The notes under the pieces: model-generated | What the model was told of the DNA's origin: nothing | Seen by the model: the letters and a program-made list of their open reading frames with translations, nothing else | The model's database searches: none | Source: Octopus sinensis | Lineage: Eukaryota | DNA: 18,509 nt | Assembly: GCF_006345805.1 (NCBI RefSeq) | Contig: NW_021824482.1 | Location: 1 to 18,509 of the forward strand | Reading direction: 5' to 3' | In this document: piece after piece, positions 18,471 through 18,509 of the stretch | Position numbering within the stretch: the first letter of the stretch is position 1 | Layout: each line of letters starts with the position of its first letter | Position numbers and translations under genes: made by a program

Positions 18471-18509
<39 letters not shown>

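Overview
AT-rich, repeat-saturated eukaryotic (animal) DNA. The SINE family and the dense (TA)n, (TATC)n, (TATG)n and (TTA)n microsatellites suggest an Octopus-type cephalopod genome (inference from recalled repeat families, not a search). No complete protein-coding gene is supported, and almost all ORFs in the track are microsatellite artefacts. The window holds about 10 tRNA-headed SINE copies or fragments, three head-to-tail C-terminal fragments of R4/Dong-type RLE non-LTR elements interleaved with (TAA)n tracts, a 5'-truncated CR1/L2-group LINE, and a decayed Penelope-like GIY-YIG endonuclease ending in a 110-bp-arm palindrome. It also has several fold-back/MITE-like elements and a homogeneous CpG-rich 18-bp minisatellite. 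The most notable signal is two unrelated, highly self-complementary tandem units (533 bp and 364 bp), each carrying a type I hammerhead ribozyme with a palindromic helix III. The core is intact at 422-510 and decayed at 8218-8280; a third hammerhead relic lies at 7212-7256. All three abut (TA)n tracts, and a Penelope-like remnant is nearby, which fits a retrozyme/pLTR system that could produce small circular RNAs. A possible 3'-terminal exon lies at 16898-16998 (+).
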